From positions 1,636 to 65,635 of the forward strand of contig CAOYAN010000006.1 in the NCBI GenBank assembly GCA_948562205.1: a stretch of 64,000 nucleotides of DNA, in the 5' to 3' direction. A model generated the notes under the pieces. That model did no database searches. It worked only from the letters and a program-made list of their open reading frames with translations, and was not told where the DNA came from. This document shows, in pieces, positions 36,829 to 48,057 of this stretch. Position 1 is the stretch's first letter. The number at the start of each line of letters is the position of its first letter. The position numbers and the translations under genes are program-made. This stretch comes from an uncultured Clostridia bacterium. GTDB taxonomy: Bacteria > Bacillota > Clostridia > TANB77 > CAG-465.

Positions 36829-37800
36829 TTAATCTTTTATATCTTTTAATATGTTTTCTACCTTAATATTATTATATATAATATCATATAGTAATTTAAC
36901 AGATTTTATCTCTACTTCTTTTTCCTCTAACATTTTAGTTAAAGATTTTAAAGTATATATTCCCTCAACTGTTGTTGTCTCCATTTTATCAAAAGCATCC
37001 TGCATACTTAAACCTTGTCCTAAATAATTTCCAAAAGTATAATTTCTACTCTTAGAACTCATACAAGTAAGTAGCATATCTCCAATCCCTGCAAATGTAA
37101 ATACTGTTCTTTGTTTGCCACCAAGTATTTCTATTATAAGTCTTAAATCGTTTACAAGAATTGTTAAGATACTTGCTCTTGTTGAATCACTAAGTCCCAT
37201 ACTATCTACATATCCCATAAGTATTGCAAATACATTTTTACAAGCACTTGCAACTTGTACTCCTATTAAATCTTTTGTTGTAGTAACTACAATATTATCA
37301 TTTTCTAGACATGATTTTAAAATATCACAAGACTCCTCTATAGGAGAAGCGACAACAAATCCAGTACTACCACCATGAGCTATTTCCTTTGCAAAAGAAG
37401 GTCCTGAAATCATACAAATATTTTCATGATTTGTTTCTTCAAAAACAACCTCACTCATAAGTTTATTTGCTTCTTGCTCAATTCCCTTAGAGACAATACA
37501 CAAAATCTGCTCATCATTAATAATTTCTTTTAATTCTCTTGAAACTGATCTTACAGCCTTCATAGGTACTGCAAGAATTATAACTTTTGCATCTTTTATA
37601 GCCTCACTTAAATCTATAGTTATTTTAATTTCATCTGGAACTTTTACCCCAGGTAATATTCCTGGATTTTCTCTTTTCAAATTAACTAGTTCATACTCTT
37701 CCTTAAACTTAGTCCATGAAGTAACGTCTATTTTATTACTATAAAAAACTTTAGCAAGGGCAAGACCATATGCCCCTACTCCAAGTATTGCTATTTTCAT
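36829..37800 (-). CDS. gpsA: NAD(P)H-dependent glycerol-3-phosphate dehydrogenase
   Basis: MKIAILGVGAYGLALA Rossmann start, GPSFAKE, and the length and order typical of GpsA. Confidence 0.85.
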   Translation of the reverse strand: MKIAILGVGAYGLALAKVFYSNKIDVTSWTKFKEEYELVNLKRENPGILPGVKVPDEIKITIDLSEAIKDAKVIILAVPMKAVRSVSRELKEIINDEQILCIVSKGIEQEANKLMSEVVFEETNHENICMISGPSFAKEIAHGGSTGFVVASPIEESCDILKSCLENDNIVVTTTKDLIGVQVASACKNVFAILMGYVDSMGLSDSTRASILTILVNDLRLIIEILGGKQRTVFTFAGIGDMLLTCMSSKSRNYTFGNYLGQGLSMQDAFDKMETTTVEGIYTLKSLTKMLEEKEVEIKSVKLLYDIIYNNIKVENILKDIKD

Positions 37801-37816
37801 ATATCACATATTCCCC

Positions 37817-39580
37817 CTACATTTTTTTATCTTTTTCAACTATTTTTATATGTACATCTTCAAGCTGTTTTTCTGAAACTCTTGCAGGTGCTCTCATAAG
37901 TAAATCTCTTGCCTTACTATTTTTAGGGAATGCTATAACTTCACGTATATTGCTTTCACCCAAAAGTAGCATAATTATTCTATCAATTCCAGGTGCAGCC
38001 CCTGCATGTGGTGGAGCTCCAAATTTGAAAGCATTATATAGGGCTCCAAACTTTGTTTTAACAGTATCCTCTGAATATCCAGCAATTTCAAATGCCTTTG
38101 TCATAACTTTTGTATCATGATTTCTTACAGCACCTGATGCTATTTCATATCCATTACATACCATATCATATTGATATGCAAGAATTTCAAGTGGATCCAT
38201 ATTCTCTAAAGCAGACAAGCCACCTTTTGGCATTGAAAATGGATTATGTCCAAAATCAATTGTTCCCTCATCTGTTTTCTCATAGAATGGAAAATCTACT
38301 ATAAAACATAGTTTATATACATTCTCATCTATTAAGTTTAGTCTTCTTCCAAGTTCATCACGGATAAGTCCAGCCTCTTTACAAGCAGTATCATAATCTC
38401 CTGCAACAAAGAACAGACCATATCCCTCTTTAGCACCAGTTTTTGCAAACATACTATCTAACATAACCTCAGATAAATATTTTGCAAGTGGACCTACTAC
38501 TGTACCATCCTCATTTTTTCTTATCCATGCAAGACCTGCCATTTTTAATTCATCTTTAGCATATGATACCATTTCATCAAAAAATCTTCTTGTAACTGAA
38601 GTAGAATCTATAGCCACACATTTAACTATTTTATTTTTAAAAGCATTAAATCCTGATCCTTCAAATGAGTCTGTTACATCTGTAAGTACAAGTGGATTTC
38701 TTAAATCTGGTTTATCTGTACCATACTTTTCAATAGCAGTTCTATATGGGATTTCTATAAAAGAATCCTCTGATATTTTAGCATGACCAAGTTTTGAAAA
38801 TACTTCAGTAGCTATTTCTCTTAAAACACTAAGTACTTCTTCTTGTGTAGCAAAAGCCATTTCAAAGTCTAATTGATAAAATTCACCTGGGCTTCTATCA
38901 GCACGAGGATCTTCATCTCTAAAACATGGAGCTATTTGATAATATTTATCAAATCCAGATATCATAAGTAATTGTTTAAATTGTTGAGGGGCTTGTGGTA
39001 AAGCATAAAACTCACCTGGATGTATTCTAGATGGTATAAGGAAATCTCTTGCCCCCTCTGGAGATGATGAAGTAAGTATTGGAGTTTGGACTTCAATAAA
39101 TCCCATACTGTCCATTTTATTTCTTAAAAGTTTTAATACTTCACTTCTAAATACAATCTTTTTATGAATTGTCTCATTTCTTAAATCTAAAAATCTATAT
39201 TCAAGTCTTAAATCTTCTTTTACTTCATGACTTTTTTCAACTTCAAAAGGAAGTGGCATACTTACTTCATTTAAAACTTCTATAGTTTCAATATCTACTT
39301 CTACTTCTCCTGTGTATAATTTATCATTTATATTTTCTTTTGGTCTTCTACATACTTTACCTGTAACCTTAATTGTAGATTCAACATTAATATTTTTAAT
39401 CTTTTCTAATAATTTTTCATCTTCTGTTGTAAGTTGTGTTATACCATAATGATCTCTTAAATCTATAAATACACAACCACCCAAATCTCTTATTGTTTTT
39501 ACAAATCCAGAAAGCTTAACCTCACTTCCCTCATCTTTTTTTGTTAATTCTCCACATGTATGTGTTCTATATTCACTCAT
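37817..39580 (-). CDS. aspS: Aspartate--tRNA ligase (bacterial type)
   Basis: 587 aa. N-terminal OB fold, class II motifs FRDE..R.D..PEF and GAPPHAGAAPGIDR. Confidence 0.95.
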   Translation of the reverse strand: MSEYRTHTCGELTKKDEGSEVKLSGFVKTIRDLGGCVFIDLRDHYGITQLTTEDEKLLEKIKNINVESTIKVTGKVCRRPKENINDKLYTGEVEVDIETIEVLNEVSMPLPFEVEKSHEVKEDLRLEYRFLDLRNETIHKKIVFRSEVLKLLRNKMDSMGFIEVQTPILTSSSPEGARDFLIPSRIHPGEFYALPQAPQQFKQLLMISGFDKYYQIAPCFRDEDPRADRSPGEFYQLDFEMAFATQEEVLSVLREIATEVFSKLGHAKISEDSFIEIPYRTAIEKYGTDKPDLRNPLVLTDVTDSFEGSGFNAFKNKIVKCVAIDSTSVTRRFFDEMVSYAKDELKMAGLAWIRKNEDGTVVGPLAKYLSEVMLDSMFAKTGAKEGYGLFFVAGDYDTACKEAGLIRDELGRRLNLIDENVYKLCFIVDFPFYEKTDEGTIDFGHNPFSMPKGGLSALENMDPLEILAYQYDMVCNGYEIASGAVRNHDTKVMTKAFEIAGYSEDTVKTKFGALYNAFKFGAPPHAGAAPGIDRIIMLLLGESNIREVIAFPKNSKARDLLMRAPARVSEKQLEDVHIKIVEKDKKM

Positions 39581-39597
39581 AACTTATTCCTTCTTCC

Positions 39598-40977
39598 TTA
39601 ATATAAACAGTTCCCTGGTGTTCTTGGGAATGGTATTACATCTCTTATATTCGACATTCCTGTCATATACATAACAAGTCTTTCAAAACCTAAACCAAAT
39701 CCAGAATGTATACAACTTCCATATCTTCTTGTATCAAGATACCAAGCATATTCCTTTTTGTCTAGCCCTAACTCTTCCATTCTCTTTTCTAGTTTTTCAA
39801 GATTTTCCTCTCTTTGAGATCCACCAATTATCTCACCAATTCCTGGTACTAACATATCTACTGCTCTAACAGTTCTATTATCATCATTTAACTTCATGTA
39901 AAATGCTTTTATTTCTTTTGGATAATCAGTTACAAAAACTGGTTTTTTAAATATTTTCTCAGTTAAATATCTTTCATGTTCTGTTTGTAAGTCTGTACCA
40001 AACTCAACTTTATACTCAAACTCATTATTATGCTCTTTTAAAAGTTCTACAGCCCTTGTATAAGTTACTCTCTCAAAATCAGAACTGTATATATGATTTA
40101 ATCTTTCTTTAAGCTCTTTATCCATAAATTTATTAAAGAAATCGATTTCTTCAGGACATTCAGTAAGTACAGCATTTATTACATGCTTAATAAGTCCTTC
40201 TGCAACATCCATATCTCCTTCTAAATCACAAAATGCCATTTCAGGTTCTACCATCCAAAATTCTGCTGCATGTCTTGCAGTATGAGAATTTTCTGCTCTA
40301 AAAGTTGGCCCAAAAGTATATACATTAGAAAAAGCAGTAGCAAAACATTCTGCTGATAATTGTCCAGATACTGTAAGACCTGTCTTCTTACCAAAGAAGT
40401 CTTCTGACTCATCTTTTTTCAAATCATCTAAAGTTGTTACTCTAAACATCTCACCTGCGCCTTCACAATCAGAAGATGTAATAATTGGAGTATGTACATA
40501 TATAAATCCATTTTGGTAAAAGAATTCATGTATTGCATGAGCTATTACACTTCTTACTCTAAATACAGCAGAAAATGTATTAGTTCTTGGTCTTAAATGG
40601 GCAATATCTCTTAGAAATTCCATTGAATGTCTTTTATTTTGTAGTGGATATTCAGGAGTTGACTTTCCTGATACTTCAATTTCTTTTGCAACTATTTCAA
40701 ATGGTTGCTTTGCATCAGGTGTTACTTTTAGTACACCATTTACAATTATACTAGATCCTAAATTAAGACTTATAATATCTGCAAAATTATTTAAGCTCTC
40801 TTCAAGTACAATTTGTACTGGTTTAAAAAAACTACCATCATTTAACTCAATAAAACCTATTACTTTTGAATTACGTATATTTCTTATCCATCCACAAACT
40901 ATAACCTCTTTTCCATCAAATGAGTTATAGTCTTTATATATCTTTTCAACTTTTATTTTATTTTTTATATTTATCAT
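39598..40977 (-). CDS. asnS: Asparagine--tRNA ligase
   Basis: 459 aa. GWIRNIR OB-fold start, [28 protein letters not shown] and GFGLGFERL. Confidence 0.9.
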   Translation of the reverse strand: MINIKNKIKVEKIYKDYNSFDGKEVIVCGWIRNIRNSKVIGFIELNDGSFFKPVQIVLEESLNNFADIISLNLGSSIIVNGVLKVTPDAKQPFEIVAKEIEVSGKSTPEYPLQNKRHSMEFLRDIAHLRPRTNTFSAVFRVRSVIAHAIHEFFYQNGFIYVHTPIITSSDCEGAGEMFRVTTLDDLKKDESEDFFGKKTGLTVSGQLSAECFATAFSNVYTFGPTFRAENSHTARHAAEFWMVEPEMAFCDLEGDMDVAEGLIKHVINAVLTECPEEIDFFNKFMDKELKERLNHIYSSDFERVTYTRAVELLKEHNNEFEYKVEFGTDLQTEHERYLTEKIFKKPVFVTDYPKEIKAFYMKLNDDNRTVRAVDMLVPGIGEIIGGSQREENLEKLEKRMEELGLDKKEYAWYLDTRRYGSCIHSGFGLGFERLVMYMTGMSNIRDVIPFPRTPGNCLY

Positions 40978-40986
40978 AATACTTAC

Positions 40987-42243
40987 CTATCTTTCTATAC
41001 CTTTTATAATATCACAAACATCTAATGCTACTTCTGATTGTGTACCATCATTCATATTTCTTATAATGCATTTATTATTTTTTAATTCTTCTTCTCCAAT
41101 TATACAAACATATTTAGCTTTTATCTTATCTGCATATTTTAATTGGGATTTAAAACTTCTATTGCAAATATCTATATCTACAATATATCCACGTCTTCTA
41201 ATTTCATTTACAATGTTTATAGCCTTAGGATATGCTAAATCATCAATAATTGTAAAATACATATCAGCACTCTCACCAATATTTTCGCACATATTATATT
41301 CTTTAAGTAAAAGTACAATTCTATCTATACCCAAACCAAATCCAACAGCAGGAGTAGTATTACCGCCTAATGTTTCCACTAGTTTATCATATCTACCGCC
41401 ACCACCTGCAGCAAGTCCTAAATCTTTTGCAGTATATTCATATACAGTTTTATTATAATAATCTAGTCCTCTAACTATTTTTTTATCTATTACATATGGA
41501 ATACCAATACTATTTAAAGTATTACATACCTTTTCAAAATCTGATCTACACTCATCACATAAATAATCTGTAATCATAGGTACATTTTCAAGTTCTACTT
41601 TGCATTTTTCTTCTTTACAATCTATAATCCTCATAGGATTTTTTTCATATCTTACCTTACAATTATCACACATATTATCTAGTCTAGGTAAAACATAAGC
41701 TTTTAGAGCCTCAATATATTTTTTTCTACATGTCTCACATCCAATAGAATTTATAGAAAGTTCTACTTTATCAGAAATACCTAATCTTTTAAATAATTCA
41801 TATGACACGCATATTGTTTCAATATCTGCAAGATATGAGCTACTACCAAAAATTTCTAGTCCAAATTGTGTAAATTCTCTATATCTTCCTTTTTGCATTT
41901 TTTCATATCTGTACATATTACCTATATACCAAAGTTTAAGTGGGCTTGCTTGTGACATCATTCCATTTTCTATATATGATCTAACAACACCAGCTGTAAG
42001 CTCTGGTCTTAGTGTAATACTTCTACCACCTTTATCTAGAAATGTATACATCTCTTTATTTACTATATCTGTTTCATCACCAACACCACGAGCAAAAAGC
42101 TCAGTTGCTTCAAACACTGGTGTTCTAATCTCATTTAAATTATATTCTCTACAAATATCTCTTATATTCTTCTCTACATATTGCCATATTTTTGTATCTT
42201 CTAATATAATGTCTCTTGTTCCTTTTTGTTTTGTAATCTTCAT
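40987..42243 (-). CDS. hisS: Histidine--tRNA ligase
   Basis: KGTRD start, LRPELTA, YRYEKMQKGRYREF and GGGRYD motifs. The likely start is MKITKQKGTRD at 42243. Confidence 0.95.
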   Translation of the reverse strand: MKITKQKGTRDIILEDTKIWQYVEKNIRDICREYNLNEIRTPVFEATELFARGVGDETDIVNKEMYTFLDKGGRSITLRPELTAGVVRSYIENGMMSQASPLKLWYIGNMYRYEKMQKGRYREFTQFGLEIFGSSSYLADIETICVSYELFKRLGISDKVELSINSIGCETCRKKYIEALKAYVLPRLDNMCDNCKVRYEKNPMRIIDCKEEKCKVELENVPMITDYLCDECRSDFEKVCNTLNSIGIPYVIDKKIVRGLDYYNKTVYEYTAKDLGLAAGGGGRYDKLVETLGGNTTPAVGFGLGIDRIVLLLKEYNMCENIGESADMYFTIIDDLAYPKAINIVNEIRRRGYIVDIDICNRSFKSQLKYADKIKAKYVCIIGEEELKNNKCIIRNMNDGTQSEVALDVCDIIKGIER

Positions 42244-42262
42244 AGTAACATCACCATGAAAA

Positions 42263-42291
42263 ATTATACCACAAAGCCTTGTATTATGCAA
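42263..42291 (-). promoter_or_regulatory. Promoter of the hisS-asnS-aspS operon
   Basis: Minus strand TTGCAT (42291-42286), 17 nt, TGg-TATAAT (42268-42263). It leaves only a ~15-20-nt 5' UTR. Confidence 0.55.
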
Positions 42292-42310
42292 TAAATAGAG
42301 AAAAACTAAG

Positions 42311-42340
42311 AAAAAAAATATGGAGAAAAAATTTCTCCAT
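42311..42340 (-). terminator. Rho-independent terminator of the adhesin 2 gene
   Basis: Minus strand ATGGAGA-loop-TCTCCAT followed by ATTTTTTTT. Confidence 0.7.
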
Positions 42341-42395
42341 ATTAATAATATGCATTTATATGTAATTTTTTAAATTACTTTATGTGATATATTAT

Positions 42396-45300
42396 TTATT
42401 TTTTTCTATTAGATTTACTTTTTCTAATAAATAAAATTATAGTAACTATTCCAACTATTGCTAATATAAATGTACAAATATATATAATTATATCTATATC
42501 TGAAGTATCTACAACTGGTTCATATATACATTTGTTAATTACTACATTTCCCTCTAACCTTTTTTCATAATATTTAGATGTTTCTTTCTCATCTACTGTA
42601 TACTTAATCTCATCTCCATACTCATCATATTTTGGTAGTTTAAACTCATATGACCAATTATTATCTGCACTTACTTTTTCTTCAGCAACCAATTTATCTT
42701 TATTATATACTTGTAATACTACACTTTCTGGACGTTTGCCATACTCACTATTATTATCTTCCCATTTTTTTACTGCTTTTACTAACACTTTTTCTTCTGG
42801 TACAACAAACTCATTTGTTATTGTATTTTTATCTGTAATTACTTTTTTATAGAATTTATTTCCACTATCTCTTTCATCTATATAATACTCTATTTCATTA
42901 CCAAGTTCATCATATTTTGACACTTCAAACTCATATCTCCAATTATTTTTGTCACTTACTTCTGCTTCTGCTATAATATTTTCTCCAACTTTTAGTTGTA
43001 ATATTACACTGGTATCTCTTTTTCCGCCTGCATTTCCATTATCATTCCATACTTTTATTCCTACTATTTTTATTCTATCCTCTGGTACTACAAATTTATT
43101 TGTTATTACATTTCCTACTATATTTTTTATATAGAATTTACCAATTTCTTTATCAAGTTCTTTCTCATCTACAGTATATTCTATTTCATCTCCTGTTTCG
43201 TTGTATTTTGCAAGTTCAAATGTATGTTTCCACTCATTAGCACTACTTACTACTTGTTCTGCTACTACTACTCCATTATTTTTTATTTGTAATGTTATAC
43301 TTTCTGGCCTTTTTCCTGCTTCATTTTCATTGTCATCCCATATTTTCATTACTTCCAAGTTTATCATCTCATCTGGTACTTTAAATTTATTTGTTACTGT
43401 TGTTTCATTTGTAATTTCTTTCTCATAGAACTTACTTCCTACATCTCTTTCATCTATATGATATTCTATTTCATTTTCATATCTATCATATTTTGCAAGT
43501 TCAAATTCATAACTAAAGTTATTTCCCTCATTTACTTCATGTTCTGTTATTACTTCATTATTTGCTATTACTTGTAGTACTACACTATTTGGTCTCTTTT
43601 TAGCGAAGTTTTCATTATCTTCCCATACTTTTCTTCCTACTATTTTTATTTTTTCTTCTGGTACTACAAATCTATTTGTTATTGTATTTCCTACTATCTC
43701 TTTTACATAGAATTTATTTGTATATTCTTCATCTACTGTATATATTTTTTCATTACCTAAACTATCATACTTTGGAAGTTCAAAAGTATATCTCCAATTT
43801 TCTTCTTCACTTACAATATGACTTGCTACAACTCTTTCTCCATCTTTTACTTGTAATGTAACACTATCTGGTCTTTTTCCTGCTTCATTGTTATTGTCAT
43901 TCCATATTTTTACAACTTCTACATTTATTCTTTCATCTGGTACTTCAAATTTATTTGTTACTGTTGTCTCATTCTCTATCTTTTCTATTTTTTCCTTTAT
44001 ATAAAACTTATTTCCTGTATCTTTTTCATCTATTATATATTCTATTTTATTACCTAGTCTATCGTATTTTGAAAGTTCAAATTCATATCTAAAATTATTT
44101 GCTTCATTTACAGTTTGTTCTGCTACTACTATATCATTTGATTTTACTTGTAGTGTTATACTTTCTGGTCTCTTACCTGCTTCATTTTCATTATCATTAA
44201 AACTTTTTACCCCAATAATTCTTATTTTATCCTCTGGTACTGTAAATCTATTTGTTATAGTATTTCCTACTATTTCTTTTGTATAGAATTTATATGTAGC
44301 AAAACTCTTTTCATTTACTGTATAATTTATTTCTTCTCCATCTTCTCTATATTTTAGTAAATTTGTAAATGTATGTTTCCACTCATCTTCTTCATTTACT
44401 TCTGCTTCTGTAATAAGTCTTTCTCCATCAAATATTTGTAAAGTTACACTACTTGGTCTTTTATTTGCTTCATTATTATTGTCTTTCCATATCTTTGTTA
44501 CTTCTATATCCTTTAGCTTTATACTATTTGTTATATTATATCCTTCATATCTTGTTTCATAATTTTGTACTTCGTCCTCTACTATTTCATACTCATATTC
44601 TCTTGTATTACTTGCATATACTGGTATATTTTCAAATGTATATTGCCAATTATCTGCTTCTGTTACTTCTTTTGTTTCATATTCTACTCCATCTTGTAAT
44701 AATTTTACTGTTATACTAGATGGTCTTTGCTCATATTTATTATCTAAATCATTCCATGTTTTTGTTCCACTTATTTCTGTCCTTACATCTTCTTTATGTA
44801 TTTCTACATTTACTTGATTTGAATATATTCCCTCTACATTATCTATTACAGTACCAAATGGATCTTTTGCTCTCCAATTTGTACTAAACATATTGTTTGC
44901 TGATGTTATTATTGTATCATCTTCGGGTGCTTGCATATTTATTAATACAAATACTACATTATTTCCAGATAGTTCCATCTCTGTTCCGTCACGATTATAT
45001 CTTAAATCTACACATATTGATTTAACACGAGTTTTATCTACTTCATCTGTTAGTTCCATCCATTTTTCTGGTACTTCTGTTAATTTTCCTGGATTTACTT
45101 CTTCTGAATAATATACCACTGGTGCATATCCTTTTGATACTGCATATTCTGTATCTACTCCTAAAAATTTACCTTTCCATCCACTACTTATATCATTACC
45201 ACTTTCATCATAAATTGTTTCAAGTGTATCATATATTATTAAGTCTTTTAAGCTATTTGCTCCTGTTGTTACTCTTAGTTTATATGTATATTCACTTCCA

Positions 45301-47903
45301 GCTGTTGCTTCTGCTGTTTCTTCTACAAATTTTCCTTTTGTAAGATCAGTTCTTACTTGTTTTATTACTGCTTGTTGTGATGATACTGCATGGGTTATGT
45401 TTAATGTATTTGATGCATATGCAACATTTTCTCTTGTATCTCCATCATTATCTATATCATTTGCTAGTGGGTCATATTGACCATCATCTTTATTACTACC
45501 ACTATAACTATATTCTTGATTATTCCACATACCATATACATAATTTTTATATATTGTACCATATTCTAATATACTATCATATGGTATTTCTGCTTTTATT
45601 TTTACATATATGCCATCATTATAAGCATTTCCAGTAAAATAATTTTCCAAATAATAGCTCCAATCTATTTCATTTAAATTATATATTATACTTATTTTTA
45701 TTCTTCCACTATTTCTATAATTATAATCTATATCTACAGTAGAATATTCTTTTATATAATTTTCCAACTCCGCTGGTGTATTAAATTTTGTTCCATCTTT
45801 TAACTTTAAATTTCTATATACATATTGATTACCTATTCTATAATCTATATTTATACTATTTTTTATTTCTTCTTTACTCATTACTAAATTCATACCATTT
45901 GGTAATATATCATATTGTTTTATGATTACCTCTTTATCTACATTATAACAATTTAAATCTAAAATACTTTTTAAAGTATAGTCTACTTCATATTTTTCTT
46001 CTTTTACATTATTTGTTATTGTAGAGCTTTTACTAGTAGATAAGTTAAAAGATCCACTATTTATACTAGCATATGAATATGCTCTTTGCATATATTTACC
46101 ATATGTATTCATATCATATTCTGCTATTTTTAATGTTGATGGTGTTTTATAACTATCAACTGTTACTTCATTTGCTAAAGTCCTATTTCCTTCATTATCT
46201 TTTTTATATATTTGTAAATATCCAAAATTATATATTGACTGAATACTTGATTTACAATCTTGTGTGTGTATATTTATATTTACTTGTATTTTTTCACTAT
46301 TAATATTAGTAAAATACAAAGTTTTATCCAAATTCTTTATTACTATTTTTATTCCTACTATATCTTTTCTATCAAAAGTTATTGTTTTAATACTATTACT
46401 TGTTGTTTCTTCACAATACACTACATAATCGTTTGTATCCTTATATCTTACCTGTATTTCAAACTCATATCCTATTAATGTATCTCCTTTACTCCCACTA
46501 TACTTATTATATGTATAAAATATTGGTATTTTTATCTCCGTAAAATTATATTCATTATCATTTAATTTCGTTACTTCCCCATTTTCTCTTGTTATATATA
46601 AAAGATCATCTCCTATTTCTACATCCATTATACTATCTGTATAAAATACATTAGAGTATAAATACCAGCTTGATATATCTCCACTATTTTTTACTTTATT
46701 TAAAGATAAATTTATACTCATAGGTTTACTTTTATATATTCCATATAAATCTCCTTTATATTCAAAATCAAATGCTACTAGGTTTACAGTACTACTTGCT
46801 TCCGTAAGCTTCTGCATTTCTTCTTCATCTTCATATCTTCCCCATATTTCTGCTGTATTTGTTACACTATCTCCTTCATTATATTTATTCTTTGGATATC
46901 CTATATAATAATATTTAGTAGGAAATGAGCCAGAAGCGCTTAAATAATAATATATATTATTTTCTTTTGGTTCTAATACATTTAAATCATTATCATATAG
47001 AACTACATCTTCTGGTAAATTTAATTTTATACAATTGTTTTTATCATTATTATATATTATATTACTATTTTCATCTAATGCATATATTACGCCTACAGTT
47101 CTATTATAGTTATAAGTATATCTAACCCAATAATAATCATCTAATATATCTTCTATTTTAGTATAATCAGCATTTGTACCTGCTGTTGCTTGATTTTTTA
47201 ATATATATGACTTCTTAGTTGATGTATAATGAAAAATACATATATCTGACTCTTTTACTATTATTTCTTCTGCATTTACAATATTTTCTTTTATCTTAGC
47301 ACTATATGCTAAATCTGTTTGTATTTTAAATTTAGGTAATAAATTATATACTATCTGTATTACTCCCTCAAAATGTTCATTTTCTTCTATTACTTTATTA
47401 TTTATAAATGTATATATATTACTCTCCTCATTATAGCTATAACTCCAGTCATATTTTTTTGTTGTATCAGTTAGTTTGTCGGCTGCTATAGTTGCATTAG
47501 GATAATATCTTTTATTCAACTCACTTCCACTATCTCCAAAACCTGGTATTGTTATTTCTATTTCTCCTGGCTGATATCCTTTATTTGTTGTACATGCATA
47601 ATTTATTTGCATACATAATTGTTTTGTTTCACTTTCACTTACTGCATTCCATGTAAATTCTGTTATAGCTTGATTTGGTGTATCACTGCTTCTATCATAC
47701 ATTACTAATTGTATATTCCAATTTTCATCATCTACTTCTAATGCATTTGTATTTTTTGTACTATTTACTGTTATTGTTATCATTGTACTTATTAAAAATA
47801 CCCAAAGCATTATTGTAAATATCGATATCTTTCTTTTTAATCTATTTTTTCTTATCTTATTTCTTTTGTCTTTTTTATCATTGTTTATATTTATTTCTTT
47901 CAT
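42396..47903 (-). CDS. Very large surface protein (1835 aa): signal peptide, ~1050-aa unique head, about 9 Cna-B-type repeats, C-terminal TM anchor
   Basis: Same Cna-B repeat pattern as 23187-27059. By eye the last ~350 aa are about 90% identical to it. The C-terminus is YEPVVDTSDIDIIIYICTFILAIVGIVTIILFIRKSKSNRKK. RBS AGGAGGT. Confidence 0.85.
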   Translation of the reverse strand: MKEININNDKKDKRNKIRKNRLKRKISIFTIMLWVFLISTMITITVNSTKNTNALEVDDENWNIQLVMYDRSSDTPNQAITEFTWNAVSESETKQLCMQINYACTTNKGYQPGEIEITIPGFGDSGSELNKRYYPNATIAADKLTDTTKKYDWSYSYNEESNIYTFINNKVIEENEHFEGVIQIVYNLLPKFKIQTDLAYSAKIKENIVNAEEIIVKESDICIFHYTSTKKSYILKNQATAGTNADYTKIEDILDDYYWVRYTYNYNRTVGVIYALDENSNIIYNNDKNNCIKLNLPEDVVLYDNDLNVLEPKENNIYYYLSASGSFPTKYYYIGYPKNKYNEGDSVTNTAEIWGRYEDEEEMQKLTEASSTVNLVAFDFEYKGDLYGIYKSKPMSINLSLNKVKNSGDISSWYLYSNVFYTDSIMDVEIGDDLLYITRENGEVTKLNDNEYNFTEIKIPIFYTYNKYSGSKGDTLIGYEFEIQVRYKDTNDYVVYCEETTSNSIKTITFDRKDIVGIKIVIKNLDKTLYFTNINSEKIQVNINIHTQDCKSSIQSIYNFGYLQIYKKDNEGNRTLANEVTVDSYKTPSTLKIAEYDMNTYGKYMQRAYSYASINSGSFNLSTSKSSTITNNVKEEKYEVDYTLKSILDLNCYNVDKEVIIKQYDILPNGMNLVMSKEEIKNSINIDYRIGNQYVYRNLKLKDGTKFNTPAELENYIKEYSTVDIDYNYRNSGRIKISIIYNLNEIDWSYYLENYFTGNAYNDGIYVKIKAEIPYDSILEYGTIYKNYVYGMWNNQEYSYSGSNKDDGQYDPLANDIDNDGDTRENVAYASNTLNITHAVSSQQAVIKQVRTDLTKGKFVEETAEATAGSEYTYKLRVTTGANSLKDLIIYDTLETIYDESGNDISSGWKGKFLGVDTEYAVSKGYAPVVYYSEEVNPGKLTEVPEKWMELTDEVDKTRVKSICVDLRYNRDGTEMELSGNNVVFVLINMQAPEDDTIITSANNMFSTNWRAKDPFGTVIDNVEGIYSNQVNVEIHKEDVRTEISGTKTWNDLDNKYEQRPSSITVKLLQDGVEYETKEVTEADNWQYTFENIPVYASNTREYEYEIVEDEVQNYETRYEGYNITNSIKLKDIEVTKIWKDNNNEANKRPSSVTLQIFDGERLITEAEVNEEDEWKHTFTNLLKYREDGEEINYTVNEKSFATYKFYTKEIVGNTITNRFTVPEDKIRIIGVKSFNDNENEAGKRPESITLQVKSNDIVVAEQTVNEANNFRYEFELSKYDRLGNKIEYIIDEKDTGNKFYIKEKIEKIENETTVTNKFEVPDERINVEVVKIWNDNNNEAGKRPDSVTLQVKDGERVVASHIVSEEENWRYTFELPKYDSLGNEKIYTVDEEYTNKFYVKEIVGNTITNRFVVPEEKIKIVGRKVWEDNENFAKKRPNSVVLQVIANNEVITEHEVNEGNNFSYEFELAKYDRYENEIEYHIDERDVGSKFYEKEITNETTVTNKFKVPDEMINLEVMKIWDDNENEAGKRPESITLQIKNNGVVVAEQVVSSANEWKHTFELAKYNETGDEIEYTVDEKELDKEIGKFYIKNIVGNVITNKFVVPEDRIKIVGIKVWNDNGNAGGKRDTSVILQLKVGENIIAEAEVSDKNNWRYEFEVSKYDELGNEIEYYIDERDSGNKFYKKVITDKNTITNEFVVPEEKVLVKAVKKWEDNNSEYGKRPESVVLQVYNKDKLVAEEKVSADNNWSYEFKLPKYDEYGDEIKYTVDEKETSKYYEKRLEGNVVINKCIYEPVVDTSDIDIIIYICTFILAIVGIVTIILFIRKSKSNRKK

Positions 47904-47948
47904 ATATAAATTTACCTCCTATTCTTTATTTTTCTCCTATTTTTATAT

Positions 47949-47957
47949 AATATACCA
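47949..47957 (-). promoter_or_regulatory. Candidate extended -10 promoter (TGgTATATT) for adhesin 2
   Basis: Identical to the element at 27101-27109. Confidence 0.35.
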
Positions 47958-47975
47958 TTTTTCAAAAATACTGAA

Positions 47976-48021
47976 TGACCTATTATACTTGTTTACATGA
48001 CCTATTGTACTTGTTTTTACA
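47976..48021 (-). promoter_or_regulatory. Tandem direct repeats (24 + 22 nt), copy 2
   Basis: Gene orientation: TGTAAAAACAAGTACAATAGGTCA (48021-47998) then TGTAAACAAGTATAATAGGTCA (47997-47976). Confidence 0.4.
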
Positions 48022-48023
48022 TA

Positions 48024-48057
48024 CAAAAATCACTGGTACTATCTCTTAGTATCAGTG
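48024..48057 (-). terminator. Hairpin plus T-run, copy 2
   Basis: Minus strand CACTGATAC-loop-GTACCAGTG (48057-48031) then ATTTTTGTATG. The small-ORF stop TGA (48054-48052) lies in the 5' arm. Confidence 0.45.

Noticed and set aside
42244-42395. T-box riboswitch upstream of hisS
   Set aside because: The space is too short, and no specifier-loop or T-box (GGUGGNACCGCG-like) sequence is present. It is reported as an absence rather than as a feature.
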